A stretch of DNA of 64,000 nucleotides, from positions 95,411,631-95,475,630 of the forward strand of contig JASCQW010000162.1 of the NCBI GenBank assembly GCA_030264375.1, read 5' to 3'. This stretch comes from Carcharhinus longimanus. Taxonomy: Eukaryota. This document shows, piece after piece, positions 61,241 through 64,000 of this stretch. The translations under genes were made by a program, and so were the position numbers. A model generated the notes under the pieces. That model did not search any database and was not told the DNA's origin. It saw nothing but the letters and a program-made list of their open reading frames with translations. The stretch's first letter is position 1. Every line of letters begins with the position of its first letter.

Positions 61241-64000
61241 TGTCATTCATTTTCAGCTTTTAATACAGTTAAACTCTGCCCCTGCTATGTTCAGCTGTTT
61301 TGTTTTTCTCTTTAGCTGTAGTGATTGCGAGCTCTCACTGTGACTGGGAGAAAAGGAAATCTGATTTTCACTGGTCTGTTGCCAGTGTTGCCATTGGTGG
61401 ATCCAAGAAGGTTAGAAGTTGGTTGCATCCCTGATGACAGTATACAGAAATACCCTGGGTGATCCCCACCATGATATAATCGTGCCATTGAAAGGATTTT
61501 CTAAACAAAACAATAATAGGCTAACATACTTCTTATTGCAGCTGCTCTTTCATAGTGGCTGGGCAAAGTGCTGACTGCAAGGCATGAAGTCCGCTGGGCA
61601 AATATTATAGAATGCTATGTAGTCGTGAGGTGAAAATTGCAGCATTGGTCTAAAATAGTAAAGTCACTATTGATAGCCAAGGAAAAAAGAACACCCATCA
61701 TATCCTTTAGTGGAAAAAAAAATCAGTTCGATCAAATGGGTATGCCTAGCTTCAGACAAGTCTCAGAGATGAACAAGTTATTTTCTAAAAGTTTAATTTG
61801 AGCATTTTCATCAACCATTTCATTCTAAACTAACAAATTCCAGGTCTGATTCCAACAGTCATTTTACTGCAGCCTTACAGAAGTGACTGTTAAGAACTGA
61901 ATAGCTTCATGTACAGAAGCAACTTACAGTTTGTTATACTCCAGATGTAGTTCGTATTATCAGATGAAAATTTAAATTGATTTTGCACATCACAGGGTTT
62001 AGAATATCAAATCTATCCATAGCTACTCCACTTGTAAAATTATACCTATAGCATCTTCGCTGATAACTGATTGTGTGCAACATTTTACATTAAAATGCAA
62101 CATGGTAATATGGAGAAAAACTTCAAAGGCATACAATTTTAATTAAGATTGTGTGAAAGGAGTGTAGCTAAGAAAACTGCTGAAAAAAAACAGATTTAAA
62201 ATACAAATCTAAATCAAATTGGGTGGATGAATGTAGTAATTTAGAGAAAAAAAAATCATTTTTACTTATGTGACAGCAGCAAGGTTAGAAAGTCAAACCC
62301 TAGCCCATTACTCTTTTACGAAGAAATATCTGTTGGTGAAATTAGACAATGTTTTGGCAATATTCTGTGCCCTTACTATGAAGAATATAAGTAATTGGGG
62401 GCGATTTTATGCTTGGATGGGTATTATGCATTTGTTATGCCTGGATCAAGAATACTGCATAATGGGAGTGAAAGGGAAATAATTTGATCTAATGGAATTC
62501 TATGCTTGGATCAGGTATGCATTTGTCTAGTCAATAGAAATTTGTTTTATATTAAGAAATGTTTAGATACATCTGTATTGAAATTATGGTGAAAATTTTA
62601 TTTTAACTGCCTGTGAAATCAATTTAAGATGCAGATGGTAGAACAAAATACATAACTGCTATTACTTTCAGGATAATAGTGACAAAATAGAAACATGGAA
62701 CGGACATAACTTGTGAACATCATTGGATTGGTCTTAATATTTATATGATTTTCCTGTAAATGACTTGCAGCCAAACCACTGTAAATTAAATAAATGATTG
62801 CTGATTTGTAAAAATAATAAATATACTCTTTATGTTCTCCTGCATACATTGTGTAAACCTAAGCATTCCGTTCAACTGGATTTTTCTAATTTTACATCAG
62901 TGCATTTTAATGCATTTTAGATCAGCAGTTAACTGTCATGAAATACACTGGAAATTAGTAAAATAACATTAATAATTCTTCACATCTCCAATCACAGCAA
63001 AAGCATGAATGTCCTATGACAGAAGAAAATGAGAGTTTAAAAAATGCACTTCTAATGTTTTAAGAATATTCCAGTGCTGGCTTGCCACAAATCCCAGCCA
63101 TTAAACAGTTCCTACCAATAATGGAATGTAGAAAGTTACCCCTGCTGGAATTTAATTTGGCTTCACAATTTACAGAATTATATATTAAAACAACTGCAAA
63201 GGAAGAAGAATAAAAAGCAATCAACATAATTAGAAAATTAAATCACAGCATCTGTGCCAGCTTTGTGAATTGAAAACAATTAGCTTCCTACATAAAGAGC
63301 GAGCATTTTAAAAAAAAAATCGGTATCTATATTACAGCTTTGTTTATATGGTTTAAGTGTGGTAACAATAATTTCCAGATGTTATGCTGTTGAACCACGC
63401 CTAATTACAGCCCACTGGGGTCCTGTTTCCTGAAACCCTGTGCAACTGCACACATAGTTTGACAATTAAGACATGATGTCATTATGTTGTTGCATGGAAC
63501 TACATGGTACTAAGAAAGATTTGTTTGCAATCAGTTAAGGATCTGTCATACCAACTGTCAGATACAAAGCATGCATGACCATTTTATAGGTGGAAAGTAC
63601 ACATTTAATACAGAATGCAGAGTAACATTTTTTGAACAATTTTAGGAGCAATTTATAACTTTTTNNNNNNNNNNAAATTGAAACACAATCACTGCAAACC
63701 ACCTCTGTTTGAATTTCAGTGATGATTTCATCCCAGCCTCCTCTCTTTAAAGGCTGTGTAAATATTAAAAGTTTCATTTACTTACTGATATCCCTAGTTG
63801 AAATTGAGTTCAAATACCAGAAAATCAGAACATAATCAATTGGTAGCTTATGGTACGCTAACCTGAAATTGACAATCAAGTCCTTGTAAATTGTAGGTCG
63901 CATGGTGAGAGATTACAAATTTCACCCAAATCCTAAAAAAGGAAATTAAATGAACCATTTAGAAATGTTTTTCTAGGTGGTTCATTTAAAAATATTTTTT

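Noticed and set aside
5613-61342. V(D)J recombination signal sequences (CACAGTG heptamers)
   Set aside because: The heptamers I checked lie in SINE heads or lack a nonamer at 12/23-bp spacing, and no Ig/TCR segments are seen.

Overview
Repeat-rich, non-coding vertebrate DNA, almost certainly from a shark or other elasmobranch. The evidence is many HE1-type tRNA-derived SINEs, SacSINE1/DeuSINE copies, CR1-clade LINE fragments and Penelope-like tails, in a short-read scaffold with about ten N gaps. I find no intact, recognisable host gene. The window holds two decayed two-gene PIF/Harbinger transposons (DDE transposase plus Myb/SANT-like partner, convergent), further Harbinger relics and Harbinger-like MITEs, and a decayed Ty3/Gypsy pol with its 3' LTR plus smaller Gypsy fragments. 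It also has two minisatellites (a 36-bp CCAAT-box array and a 27-bp array), a ~690-bp LINE-tail palindrome, and an unexplained 121-bp direct repeat bracketing a transposase relic. Several repeat-free blocks look like conserved non-coding elements, and one or two weak candidate exons lie on the minus strand. Most ORFs in the track are artefacts of repeats. Repeat-family names come from motif recognition, not database searches, and boundaries are approximate. I cannot support a new biological system here; the findings are modest leads.
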